Both the position numbers and the translations under genes were made by a program. Below, one piece after another: positions 13,754 to 26,705 of a stretch of DNA of 64,000 nt (within the stretch, counting starts at the first letter, position 1; each line of letters begins with the position of its first letter). The notes beneath the pieces are model-generated. The model was not told the DNA's origin, searched no databases, and saw only the letters and a program-made list of their open reading frames with translations. Origin of the DNA: the human T2T-CHM13v2.0 reference genome, Homo sapiens; the NCBI RefSeq assembly GCF_009914755.1, contig NC_060927.1. The stretch is one strand, 5' to 3'.

Positions 13754-14271
13754 TGTTATGGGTTGAATTTTGTCTCATACACACACAAAAAGATATGTTG
13801 AAGTCCTAACCCCTTATTTATCAGAATGTGACCTTATCTGGAAATAGGGTCTTATTTTGTTTAAAAGGAAGCTGGAAAAAAGGGAGGTAGGGGGTAAATG
13901 AGTTAAAATGAGGCCATTAGGGTGGACCTTAATCAAATATGACTGGTACCCCTATAAAAAGTGGCAATTTGGACAGCAACAGACCCTCGCAGCGGGAAGA
14001 TGCTGTGAAGACACAGGAAGAACACCATGTGAAGGCGGAAGGTTAGAGTGATGCATCCATAAGCCAAGGAATGGCAAAGATTGCCGGTAAGCCACCAGAA
14101 ACTAGGAAGGGGCAAGGAAGGATTTCCCTACAGGTTTCAGAGGGAGCATGGCCCAGCTGACACTTTGATTGCAGGCTTCCAACCTCCAGGAATGCGAGAA
14201 AATAAACTTCCGTTGCTTTACGCCACCCTGTTTGTGGTACTTTGTTATGGCGGCCTGAGGGAAATAACACA
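13754..14271 (+). mobile_element. MaLR solo LTR (MLT1C-like)
   Basis: tgttatgggttgaatt start; cagaatgtgaccttatctggaaataggg; aataaacttccgttg...tttgttatggcggcc...aacaca end. Confidence 0.88.
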
Positions 14272-14427
14272 CTTGGGAACAAATGAAGAGTATGAACATG
14301 GCTTTGCTTCACAGGCACATCCAAGACTTAACAGGGCGACTGTGCATGGTCCAAGGCCGCCCCAAGTGTGGGAACCACTGCCTTCAACCAACTGGCCCAG
14401 CTAATAGGGAGAGTATATGGGCCCCAC

Positions 14428-14631
14428 CTGGGTATAGAAAAGATTGATTCTTTCTGTTGCTTCCAGGAGCTCTTCTTCTGACAGCCTGCGGCCACGCTCT
14501 GTCTGCTCTTGCAGGGACCTTAGATCCTCTAGTTCAGACTGAAGAAGAGAGTTGCGCCGCTCAGCCACAGCCACCTGCTCCTTCAGATCACTGTTCAGTT
14601 GTGTGCTGTCATCCAGCTGCATTTGAAGGTC
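14428..14631 (-). CDS. MYH15: MYH15 exon, 204 nt
   Basis: tcccag|GACCTT ... ACCCAG|gtgggg; [19 protein letters not shown]...INLFYTQ. Confidence 0.96.
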
Positions 14632-14865
14632 CTGGGAGAGAAAAGATGGGTCTGGAGTACAGATCCCTCTGAGTTCAACATAGACTATGCACCTACACAT
14701 GCATGATCTGACTATATATTTAGACATAAGCATGCTCCTTCTCTCTGGAAAGATTAGATTTGTTGTCCTCATCTTTACTGCTGAACACAATCTGTTGCTT
14801 AGTTTGCTTCCATAAGCAGAAACATTTTCCACCCCTCCCTACCCCATCTTACAGTTTTAAAATAC

Positions 14866-15058
14866 CTTGATTTGAATCTGAAGCTGGCCCAGGGATTTGG
14901 TTGCTTCTGACACCTGCCGGTTGGCACAGCTAAGCTGGAGTTCCATCTCATTGAGGTCCTCTTCCATCTTCTTCTTCAGCCGGGTAACCTCAATTCTGCT
15001 CTTAGCTTCAGAATCCAGACTAGACTGCAGGGAGTCAATGGTACACTGCTGCTTCCTC
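14866..15058 (-). CDS. MYH15: MYH15 exon, 193 nt
   Basis: aattag|GAGGAAG ... ATCAAG|gtattt; [23 protein letters not shown]...LQIQIK. Confidence 0.94.
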
Positions 15059-15779
15059 CTAATTTGAAATAACATTTGGAGTGGGGGAAATGACACATCC
15101 AAATTAATCAAATTCACCTGCTATGTTTAAAACAGTACAAGAAACAGAAAAAGAATAAAATCCAAGATAAATTTTAAGTAACTAACAAAATGAGTCTAAG
15201 TGCTTTTATTTTAAAAACAGAGAGAATGAGAAGTTAGGTTAGTGAGTATATGTCCACCATAATGGACTACGTAGGGTTTCCAGACCAACTTCCCTGAAGA
15301 ATTCAGGAAAATACAAGAAGCTTTTCAAGGTCCTGTGAGGCAGCTTTAGTCTTATCTGATATCCCATAAAGGATGACCTAGGGCAAGCACCTGGGTTTCC
15401 TGTGGTGGCTAAGGATGAAGGAAGGATGCTCTTTCAGACAGCCGTAATATTTCAACTACTTTCAATGATGAAAAATGTCTGAACAAGGCAGGAAAAAGCC
15501 ACTCAGGTTGGAACAATTCTTGAGATGCAGCAATACTGCTATAGTAGCCTGGAGACACAACTCTCCTAGAATAAAATGGTTATCTTTCTCTAGGAGTTTG
15601 AGAGTACACCCAAGGATTGGCTGAGACAACCAATTGTGTGATATTGAATTACTTTAACACTTTAAATTCCTTCCTAAGAAAAAAAACTAGAACTAAAAAC
15701 GTATTTGCAAAGTGACAGAAGACAATAGCTATGTGTTTAGGAAGGCCATAAAAAATAAAAAATTGGGAGAATCCATGGG

Positions 15780-16135
15780 AATTTGTATTTCCCAAACTGT
15801 TTGTAGTTAGTTTGGGACTATGTGACTAGATTCTGGTAAATGCACTGTGGAGAATAATGAAGTTTACCATTCCAGGGCTGGCCCATAGAAATGTTCACTT
15901 GTGAGATCCTGCACTCTCCCTTCCCCCTTTCTACCAAACTTGATGGCCACATACAGAAGGTCATGGAGTCACAAGATGGAAAGAACCTGGGTCTTTCAAT
16001 GACTTTGAATGTTATTGACCGACTCTTCATCCTACCTCACAATGGCCTCAAACATAGGCAAAAATAAACTTCTATTTGTTTTAAGTCACCAAGATTTGGT
16101 GATTGTTAGGACAGTTTAACTGCTGTAATTGACAC
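15780..16135 (+). mobile_element. Old MaLR LTR (MLT1J-like)
   Basis: atgtgactagattctgg, ggagtcacaagatggaaagaacctgggtc, aaataaacttctatttgttttaagtcacc. Confidence 0.65.
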
Positions 16136-16304
16136 ATGACCTGTTAAGCTCAATTCATGAAACAGGGACCTGGTGCTGGACAGATAATAGAGAACAGAGA
16201 AGGCAAAAACCTTTCTATTCTTCTTTCTCATAGAGCCTATCTCCACAAATCAGATTAGATCAGAATTAGATTCCATGTTGAATTGTCATCAAGCCAGTGT
16301 CCTA

Positions 16305-16615
<311 letters not shown>

Positions 16616-16927
16616 GAAGGCATACGGCCTACAGGGGGAAGAGAGAGGTCAGAGCTTGAAATTGGTTGACAGGTGGAGGTGCTACTTTTCGTGACCCCCA
16701 TTCTGCCCACTGGTGAGGGAGGCCTCAGAAGCAATTATGGAAATGTATAGAAAATAACTCTGTCTGGCTCCAGAGCCCAATGTGAGCACCTATCCTCTGC
16801 CAACCCCATCTCCCTGGTCCTCACAAGCTGAGGTTGGTATCTCATGCCTGTCCTTAGGCTCTGGGCTTTTGTCCAGCTTCCAGATCAGAATCCTGTAGGG
16901 ATCCCACTAGGTAAAGTTAATATGGAC

Positions 16928-17321
16928 TTTTAGGAACTGCATTATGTCCCCACCAAAATTTACACGTTCTTGCCGTAACCCCCAAGACTTCAGAATATGA
17001 CTATATTTGGAGATAGGGCCTTTAAAGATGTAATTAAGATTAAATGAGGCTGTTAGGATGGGGCCCTAATCCAATGGGACTAGTTAGCATCCTTATAAGA
17101 AGAGGAAGAGACACAGGGATGCATGTGCGCAGAGGAAAGCACAGATGAGGATGCAGTGAAAATGTGACCGTCTGCAAGCCAAGGAGGATCATCAGGAGAA
17201 ACCAAACCTGCCAACACTTTGATCTTGAAGCTTTAGTCTCCAGAGCTGTAAGGAAATACATTTCTGCTGTTGAAGCCACCCATCTGTGCATTTTGTTATG
17301 ACAGCCATAGTAAACCAATAC
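16928..17321 (+). mobile_element. MaLR solo LTR (MLT1B-like)
   Basis: cagaatatgactatatttggagatagggcctttaaaga...gccaacactttgatcttg...tttgttatgacagcc...aataca. Confidence 0.85.
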
Positions 17322-18197
17322 AGGGATGCTCACACTCACATCACCAAAATCTGTCAGACACTTATCTGTCCTACATTGGGAAACTCTCATTTTTGCCACA
17401 GCTGGCTCTCCTTACACAGGAACACTGAAGCATCCCCAGCCTGGTGTCAAAATCCTCTGTACAGAAATACATTCTACTTAAGCAGACAAACTGCATGTTT
17501 CAAACTGCACTTTTCCCACAGTTGTTTATGAAACTTCATGAGTGCCTGCAGACAAGTAAAAAGTGAGATGGTTTAAAAGGCATGGGTATAATACAGTCCT
17601 GTAGAATGGCTGCTGAACAATCAACATGTTTCATACAGAGTCAAGAAATCTTTAAAATGAAAACTCCCTCAAGTACATTCTTTAAGAAACATGATGCATT
17701 CAGGACCAAGGGCAATATAGGAAGAAGTACCTTCTTTTTCCTAAAATGTGAAATACAATTTAAAAAACAAATGCAAAGAAAAATCAAGATGATAGAACTT
17801 GGAAGAGCTAATGATTTAAAATCATTAGCTCAGCATTTAAATCATTGACAATGCAGTAGGTCATTTATTTCCCTTACGATATTGCTAATCTATGTATGAG
17901 AAATAAGAGATTTTTTTTTCTTAATCCAAATACATATGAGCCAGCTTTAAAATAATTAACAAGCTATTTTGCTACCATGTCTGAGTTTGAGGTTCTAATT
18001 TTCAAAGACACTCGAAAATATTTTACTTAGAAGTGAGAAAAGATTTGAGCATATTCTGGCAGAGATTCACTCAGACAATAAAAGAAACCAAGTCAGATGG
18101 TGTATATAAATTAAGACCACGTGGCAAAGTTTGACATGACTGAGTTCAGAGGAGTGGACTTTACAGAAGGAACATTACTATATACCTGGGGCTGTAG

Positions 18198-18383
18198 ACC
18201 AGGGTTGGGAAAACTATGGGCTGTGGGCCAAATCCCACCATGCCCATTTATTTCCTATTGTCTATGGCTGTTTCCAACCTACAACTACAGTGTTAAGTAG
18301 TTGCCACATCTCTGTGGCAAACAAAACATGTAGCTAGCAAAGCATTTAACATCTGACCCTTTAGAGAAAAAGCTTGCCTAGCC
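18198..18383. mobile_element. MER58-like hAT MITE
   Basis: cagggttgggaaaactatgggctgtgggccaaatcc ... ccctttagagaaaaagcttgcc. Confidence 0.7.
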
Positions 18384-20843
18384 TTTCAATCAGTGATCAA
18401 CCCAAAACAAACAAGCACAGTATGATAGAATAAAGAAGTTCAGTGCCTCATTCCCAAAAACACCTCTCTGGGTGTGTCTGGGAGAGCAGAATACAGCTCA
18501 GAAAGACCATGGCTGTGGACCAGTGTGATGACTCTCACATTTCAACATTTCCTCCAATCAGAGAATTCCCTGAAGATGCAGGATGCACCTGACCAACCTG
18601 TTGTCAGCTCAGTCTTGGGCCATGCAGTAGGGCTTGACTAACATGGCAATTATGGCAATGATTTGGCCTTCAAGCTAGCCTTGTTTCCTGTCTAATAAGA
18701 TGGGAAGATCAAAGCCAGCTACCAGCTCTTCTTCTCCTTCCATCAGTGACTGCACCGTCACCTCCCTACCTCTACCTGTGTCAACTATAACATTATTTAT
18801 TTATTATAGAAATAAATGGAATACCCTATCATCCAAAAATGTCTATGAAGCCCTGACTAGAATATGAGGCACAGTGTCTGGTGAACATTAAGCACTCCAA
18901 TATCTGTTGAACAAGTGAAACATATCACATACATACCAGCTGCTTGTACTTTTCACCCCCAACAGGCCTCCAGGCTGGGCTCATTCAGAATCAGGCCTCA
19001 CCAGAGTGGAAGACATGGCTTGGCAGCAGAGAATTAGTTGAATGAGTTACCCAGTTTGCTGTACTATCAAGGTTTTGCCTTTGCCTGTGGGTCTCTTTCT
19101 CTTGCTTTCCTGGTCCCTTTAACTTACTTACCAGGTCCTGTCTTCCTGGGCACCTTCTGTTTCTGTGGAGTTAATGATGGGTTATATGGGCATAGGACCT
19201 TGAACCTGATCTTGCCCTCAGGCAATATTTTCCTTGTTCTATAACTTCCCTGGCTTATCGTTGATTGCTTGGAATCTTGTGTTTGGCTTTTTTTTTTTTT
19301 TTTCCTCCTGGCATTCTATTCAGTTTCCTTAAGATGCCCTTGCTAGCCCCAAAGTGAAACTATCAGATTAAACCTTGGCAGTTTGGTACAATCTGTGCTC
19401 AGAGCAGAAAGGGTCTGGGCTGGTATTTGTGATATTTTGTAAGATAAGCTCATCTTTTCTTTCTGGATCTACCTATTATAGTTATTATGAATCATTAACT
19501 AAAATTTATGAATAGCTCACCCCCCTGTCTCCAGTCCTCCCCTTCTTTTCTCAGCTCCTCATGGCTCATGCTTATCCTTCAGTTCTTTCTTCTTCCAGCC
19601 CTAGCTCTTTGGATCTCTGGCTTTTTTTCGCACTAAGATTATTATAATTGGTGAACTGCTCTACGACATTCAGATGTAGCTGACGAGACACAGGCTCTCT
19701 GAGGATTCATTTCTCCTCAGCTGGGTTTATTTATAGGCACAGGTCTGATATTACTTGAAATCAGTGTTATTTGTTGCTTTTTTTTTTTATCTGCACAAGG
19801 AGACATTCATTTTTATTCCTTGTGGAAAGAAGTAGGGCAAATATCAAGGCCCAGGGTTTTTGCCCTTCATCAAAAAAATTCTTTTAGACACTGACTCAGA
19901 ACCTCTTAAGTAGATCAGAATTCCTCGCCACAGTCAGTCCTATAGAAGAAAATGCCAGTGAGTGAGAGCAAAGATAACTCAAAGCACATAGAAGGCCAAA
20001 TTTGGCTTGACACCCTCATTAAAAAATTGACCCCCTTGAGAGTTTTGTCTAAAAATGGGCTGTGGGAAAGAGGTCAGTTCAATTGAACATGTTAACAGGG
20101 TTTTTTTTCTTTTTCTTAAAAAAAGACTGTTTAACAAATACATTGAAAGTAAGTTGCCAGTTGAATCTCAGGCTCAAATGATTTTTCTTGCTGACATATG
20201 GCATTGACTTAAGGGAACAGATTAGATAATATAATCATCGTTAATTCCATGTGTTTATAATTGTGCCTTTGATCTACAGCGTGTGAAGTGCTTTGCCAAC
20301 ATCAGCCTACTGATCTTCCTCACCACCTTCTGTGACATGTAGGGGCTGCTTTTATCCCCTCACTTCACTGAGAAGCTAAGAAGTGGAATGTCTAAAGTCA
20401 TCAGCTTGTTATGACAAAGCTAAGAAAACATTCTGCAACCCATGAGTCCTGTCTAATTCAGTTTCCTGACTATTAAGACTCAGCTGCTTTAACAAGGATT
20501 CAATAAGCAGCTTAGCTCTTGGCTTCTGCTCCTCTTCAAACAAATGGCTACAGGTACAGGCAGGGGGTATGTGAAAACTTCACTCTGGTCTGAAAGTACA
20601 GCACTGAATTTTTTAATTTTTTAATTTTTTTCTCCATGGCTCAGCATTTTCAGTCAATTTCTTAATGCCCAAGAACGTGGCATTATAGGGACACGCAGAC
20701 AGTATGCACAGTCCTTATACATATAATCATTTATTTGGTGTTGTCTTGAGTCTCACATGACAGTAGAAGCTCCTCAAATATAAGAAAATTATAAAATCTG
20801 GCAATAATCGTATATAGATAGCTAGTAAGCTCACCACTATTGA

Positions 20844-20964
20844 TATAAAGGAATATCTGTACACAATTGTGTATAAAGGGATATCTAATTGTGTATAAAG
20901 GAATATCTATACACAATTGTGTATAAAAGGATATCTAATTGTGTATAAAGGAATATCTATACAC
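20844..20964. repeat. 50-bp tandem repeat (about 2.4 copies) with internal palindromes
   Basis: 20851-20900 and 20901-20950 differ at 2 positions; perfect 18-bp palindrome tatacacaattgtgtata at 20908-20925. Confidence 0.92.
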
Positions 20965-21125
20965 GATTATAGATATTGTATATAAAAGAAAATAATATAG
21001 AGTTACACTAAGTTTCTTTGGTAATGCTCCAACAGGGGCCATAAAAGCAGCCAGACATAATGAGCTCTGTTTAGTCAAGGATTCAGAAATACATAATTGT
21101 TACACATCAAAATCATCTTAAATAC

Positions 21126-21241
21126 CTAAAATTTTCTATTTCTTCATCTTTCTCTGAAAGCTTTCTTTCAAGTTCTGCTTTAGCTTCCAAGAGTTCAAGC
21201 TGGAAATGAAGAATCTTGCTTTCATTACGTTCCAGGGCTCC
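21126..21241 (-). CDS. MYH15: MYH15 exon, 116 nt (skip 3 region)
   Basis: ttccag|GGAGCC ... TTTAG|gtattt; [38 protein letters not shown](R). Confidence 0.94.
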
Positions 21242-23549
21242 CTGGAATACATAAATAAAAAGCATTAAATGAAGTCCACTTTTAGACAAAATTGTATTTT
21301 TTACCCAAAACATATGTCGCTAATGTAGCTCTCTTAGAGTTACTGGGAGAGATATAGGTTCAAGCCAGGTCCCTAGAGATTGCAACACAGTGAGACAAGC
21401 AACTGCTTTCATTTGTCATTTCACTTATAGATTTGACATTCTTAGGTCTTTCAGCTGTAGCTCCAGAACTAGAATTTTAAAGCCTATTTTAAAATAGAAA
21501 ATTTCACTCTTGTCTGTGACTATATTTAAACTTTTTAATGTATTACCCTTGACTTTTTCTAACATATTCCAACTTTGGGATAAATTTTAAAAAGTATCAG
21601 AGCTAGAACAAGGAAGGTGATAACTCCTACCTGGAATCTTCTATTAAATTCTGGACATCACGAGGGGATAGAGGAAAAGTTGGATGTATTCAGAGAACAA
21701 ACAACAGGGTAGTGTCCAAATATTGTCATATGAAGAACAAATAAAGGAATTTACAATGTACCTGACATGTAACACTCAGTGTGAGCCATTAACACCATAA
21801 TTGGTACCACTACTGCAAATGAATTTCTTTGACAGGCAGAAGATTCCTTGCCCCTTTGTGTATTCAAATATAGTTAAGGCAATTATTTGCAGGGATGTTA
21901 TAAAGCAATTCAATTCTAAAAGCATAGGTTTGGCTAAATCTTTAAAACCCGTCCTGAAGCTAAAAATGTATATAAAAGAAGAAATCCAAAAAAACACTTA
22001 CAGAATACCAAGGATATAAGGGCATAAGGGGTGATGCAATTTTGTGGTCAGTTAGCTACAGGCAGTCCTAAGGGCAGAAGTAATTTTTTCATAGCCTCTT
22101 TTGAGGCGTGCTTAGCAGATATGACAAAATGTAAAAAAGTAAAACTGAGTTGCAATTTTAAAATAAAAATAAAAAGATGATGGGAATTTTAATAAGACCT
22201 CCCTTGATGTTATCTTGATACTACCTTCAATATAAAAGAAAATAAAATTGCTAACGCACACTCAAAAACAAATGCTTGGATAACAATTTCCTCAGAGGGA
22301 ATAGTGTAGTAGTTCCTTCAAGAGGAAACTGTCACCTCTAACCCTCTAAAATGCACTGAGAAAGTGAATCTTTAGGGAACATGACCTGGGATAATGTGAG
22401 TTTTATGGCTTTAAAAAAATCTGATAAAGTTTCTCATAAAGGCTCACCCAGGAAAATAAATAACGCAATGTTACAAATACATGTCCAAGTTGATGAAGTA
22501 TTTATGGATGTGGCTGAGGACAGAAGTGGAGAAAATGCGAATAGAATGTGTTGCTATCTAGTGGTACTAAGTGGTTTGAGCATTATGGCCTTCCTGTCAT
22601 TCTCACCCTTGACCCACGTGATGATCGACTGAATACACAAAGATGCCTCTGTGTTATACAGGACATAAATGGCCCGTGCCAGTTGTATTTTTCATTGGCT
22701 TGTCATAGTACTTGAAATTTCTATCATAAAATTTACTTCTTTCAGTTAAGGTGGTGGCTTCAAAAAGTCCCTTGCCAGGATAGCCAGAGAACCAAAGGGA
22801 ACGAGTAAACAAAACAAAGTTCACCAACTGTGTAAGGACCAGCTGTGCTACAGGGCACCACACTGCCAACGAAAAGGAGTCTGTATAAAGTTAGATAGCC
22901 TCAGGAAACATTTATGTATAACAGGGTGAGAGCTGCTGCCTGACAACTCTATACAGAGGGTAATATGGACACATTTGCTTGGAAGTTTCTTCTGGAATCA
23001 CAACGGTGAGGTAAATTTAACAGACAATGCTTGGCACAGAGTGGTCCTTTGGGGTCTTGTTTTCCATCGCCATACCTTCCAAGAGACCCCTGCCTAACAC
23101 TGACTGCCACACCTTTCAAAAATCTTTTTTCTTTTTCTACTGGTGGGAGGATCAGGGCTGTATTTTAATGTGTCTGAATACTTGTTCAAAGGCTGAGTCA
23201 GGAAGATGAAGTTCAGCTCTGAGAAGAGGCTACACAGGGCTTCTTAACCACCTAAGAATCATGATAAGATGACTTCCTTGTTAGTTTACCTTCTTTGGCG
23301 AAATGTCTTCTTAGAGGTCCTTTCAATTGCTAATGCACACCCAGAGATACAGCCAGAGACTTTTCCTGAACTGTGAATCCATAACACTGAAAACCCTCCT
23401 GTCAATCTGCACAAAGATGAGCTTTCAGAAACAAATGTTTGACAACATCACTTTGAATCTTATTTCTGAAACTACCGAAAGTTTTTGGGGAAAAAAAATT
23501 GAAAAGCTTTTGTGACTGACTCTTTAAAGAGGGGGCAGCTATGAGAATA

Positions 23550-23975
23550 TTTATTCATTCAACATTTGACAAATATTTACTGAGCCTCTACTACATGCCA
23601 GGCAATGTTCTAGGCCAGTGCTTCTCAAATATTAATGTGCATATGAACCACCAAGGGATCTTGTTAAAATGCAGATCCTGATTCAACAGAGATGGGCAGA
23701 GGGCTGAGATTCTGAATTTCTAACAGCCTCCCAAGCGATGTCCATGGGCCACATGTTGAGTAGTGAGGGTCTGGGCACTGGGGATAAACTGGTGAACAAG
23801 ATAGATAGTTCCCGTTTTTACTACAATCAGGAGATTTGCATTCACTGTTGTGTATCCTGCTCTCTGAGTCTCAATTTCCTCTTTTATAAAATGGGGACAG
23901 TAGTTTCCTACGGTGATTATATTAAAATTATGCATTTGGCAGAGTGCCTAGCATATAGTAAATAAACATTTGAAT
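23550..23975. mobile_element. Nested L2 3' end / MER5 / MIR fragments
   Basis: ttattcattcaacatttg (L2 tail, minus strand) interrupted by cagtgcttctcaaa...ttgagtagtg (MER5), followed by ctctctgagtctcaatttcctcttttataaaatgggg (MIR). Confidence 0.7.
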
Positions 23976-24067
23976 ACGTGTCCTTTTGTTGGTGCTGCTG
24001 TTATTGCTGAATGCAGATCTTCTGCCTTGTCACAGTGAAAACTTTCTTTTCTCCCTGGTGATAATAC

Positions 24068-24192
24068 CTCTGTTTCTTCCAGTGTCACCTGGACTTCTGT
24101 CTTCTCTTCTTCAATTAGTTTCTTGACCTTTTCCATTTCAGTTAAGTTCTTGGTCCCTTCTCTAACCTGGTTTGTCAGATTAGAAATCTCTT
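24068..24192 (-). CDS. MYH15: MYH15 exon, 125 nt
   Basis: ctccag|AAGAG ... ACAGAG|gtatta; [25 protein letters not shown]...LEETE. Confidence 0.95.
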
Positions 24193-25076
24193 CTGGAGAC
24201 AGAGGTAAGAAAAACAAAGTTAGTGAATGGGCTCAGTCTCAAACCAATGATACCAGGCACAACAGATTCTTCCAGCCCACTGGAACAGTGACCTCATGCC
24301 ACCCTTGGTAACTTGATGACCTATCCTATATGGGACCGAGAAATTTTAAAAGGGTATTCATTTTTTCATATAGTCTTTTGCCATCTGAAAATTGAAAATT
24401 GTCTACAACAAATGGTGAGGGTGGTGCTTCAGAGTATTGTACACTGGACAACTTTTGCAACTTTTACATGACAGTCCTGCTCATTAGAGCCATTCCAGGT
24501 TCCACCTGGAGGAACACAGACCTGGAGTCCCTACCCTTCCAGTGTAAGTGCTTAGCTATCAACATTAGTGGCTGCCATTGTTTCAGCCACCACTCAACAC
24601 TGCGACAGGAACTTAAAGTAAAAGCTGGATCAATATCTGCCAGCATTCAAGGCATGGCCCCAGATAGGCCAGAGAATCAGAAGGGGCCCAAGGAAGACAG
24701 TGGCTTTAGCTCAAGCACTTGAGTGTTTTTTCCTAGCCTCTCATGAACATAAGCCTTTGACAAACAGAATAGGGCATCCAGAAGTCACAAAACCTCTTCC
24801 ACCTGATATTGTTATGGTCAGTTCTGCCTTTAGTACCTAAGAGGTGTGGTATAGGGCCAAGTAGCTCAGAGAATTACCCAGTTCAGAGGTGGTGGAAGGA
24901 GCTCAATAGGTCACCTGCTCCTCTGGTTCTGAGATCCTGGGCTGTGATGTGATATGATGAGAATTTTTAGAAGTTACAAAGACAAATATGTTAGATGGAA
25001 ATTTTCATTGCATAATAAATTCTTCTCTGAGAAGTGCTCTCCTAAAGATGGGTTATCAAGAAGAAAATCAGGGAAG

Positions 25077-25325
25077 AGGTTCTCAACTCTGACCGCACCT
25101 TAGAATCACCTGGAGAGCTTTGGAAAAAGCTCACTCAATATTCAAACCCCGCCCCAGTCCAAAGGTGGTGCCCAGATCAGCAGCACCGGCCTCACCTGGA
25201 AAACTGTCAGAAATACAAATCCTTCAGACCTACTGAGTCAGAAACTCTGGGGGTGGGCCCCAGCCATCTGTGCTTTAACAAGCCCTCCAGCTGGTTTGGA
25301 CGTAGCTAAAGTTTTCTAACCACTG
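25077..25325. mobile_element. Tandem/nested MER5A-family MITEs
   Basis: ggttctcaact...ttagaatcacctggagagc; cagacctactgagtcagaaactctggggg...ttaacaagccctccag...aaccactg. Confidence 0.75.
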
Positions 25326-26355
25326 TTTTAGCACCCGTCACGTCTCCATCTAGTGCCTTGATCATAGACTATGTAGGTCAACAGAAAGTAAGCTTCATTT
25401 ACGCCTCCAACAGTAATGAACTTGCTTCCAGGGCATCTCAGGGTTTTCATGCACATTGCTGTTGGTGCTGGGATAAGTTGGCAGCCTCTTTGAAGGGCTG
25501 TTTGGCAGTAAATCAAAATTTAAAAATTCATTTCATTACCCCAGCAATTTCTTTTCCAGGGATCCATTCTACTGAAATATTTTTACATGTGCATAAATAC
25601 ATGTATAGGGATATATAATGTAGGATTATTCATATTTGTGAATAATTGGATCTAAAATGAATAAAGTCTAGTTAAATGATAGCCATCTTTATTACAAAAC
25701 ACTATGTAGCTATTAAAAAGCTTATGGTAGGTCTCCATGTACAGGCATGCAAAGACCCACAAGGTACGTGGGAAGGTTGCACAGCTCAGTAGTTAAGTGC
25801 GTATATGCTGGAGCCGTGCTGGCTGGGCTCAAATCCCAGATCTGCGACTTGAACAAGTTACTCAACTTATGACCTATATAACCTTCATTTTACAGATGAG
25901 AAAACTAACACTAGACTATTCTGAAAATTTAACAATAAATAGTTAAACAGTGCCTGGTACGTAGTATGGGCTATAGAAATATTCATTAAATCGGGAAATA
26001 TATTCATATATGAAAAAAAGGTGTAGAACAATATGCAATTTGGGTAAAAACTACACACTTGAGTATAGCACACATGGAAAATCTTGGTACGGTTGTGGAT
26101 ATCAAGAAATTTTCAGCACTGGCTTCCTTTACAGAGGGGAACTGAAGTTAAAGGTAGGAAACTAGTCTTACTTTTAGAATTAATTTAATACAAACAGCAT
26201 CTAAAGTAAAAAAAAAATAAGTCAAACAGAAGTATAAAAATTGAAAAGTTAAAACATGTTGGGAATGTGAAAATGCTGAAGACAGCCTTGCCTGTAGCCA
26301 GGGCTCTTCCTGAGCTACCCGCTCTGGCTTTGGCTCTGAGCCCAGCTCGGTGTAC

Positions 26356-26705
26356 CTTGGAGGTTCTTGTTCTCCCTCCTGAGTGTCTCCTGGCCCACGA
26401 TGCTCTCCTCATAGGTGTTCTTGAGCTTGAGGAGCTCTGTACTGAGAGCCTGAACTTCCTTCTGAGAGGCATCCAGCAACGCCTGGGACTCCTCGTGCTT
26501 CTGCTTCCAGTCGGCAAGGGCCTTGCCAGACTGCAGCTGCTTCTGGTCCAGCCTGGCTGCTGCAGAGCGGACCTTCCCGAGGTCAGACAGGGCGTCCCCG
26601 AGCTCCAGCTGCAGCTGGTGCCTGGCTCTCTCCAAGGAGGCATTTCTGGCATTGGCCACCCCCATGGCTTCGGCTGCCTCCTGCAATCTAATTGCCAGTT
26701 CCTTC
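26356..26705 (-). CDS. MYH15: MYH15 exon, 350 nt (equivalent to MYH7 exons 31+32 fused)
   Basis: ctcag|GAAGGAA ... CTCCAAG|gtacac; [14 protein letters not shown]...[11 protein letters not shown]. Confidence 0.95.

Noticed and set aside
22552-22564. CTCF-like CCACTAGATAGCA on the minus strand (weaker one near 25345)
   Set aside because: Mismatch in the conserved GG core; cannot be supported without ChIP data.
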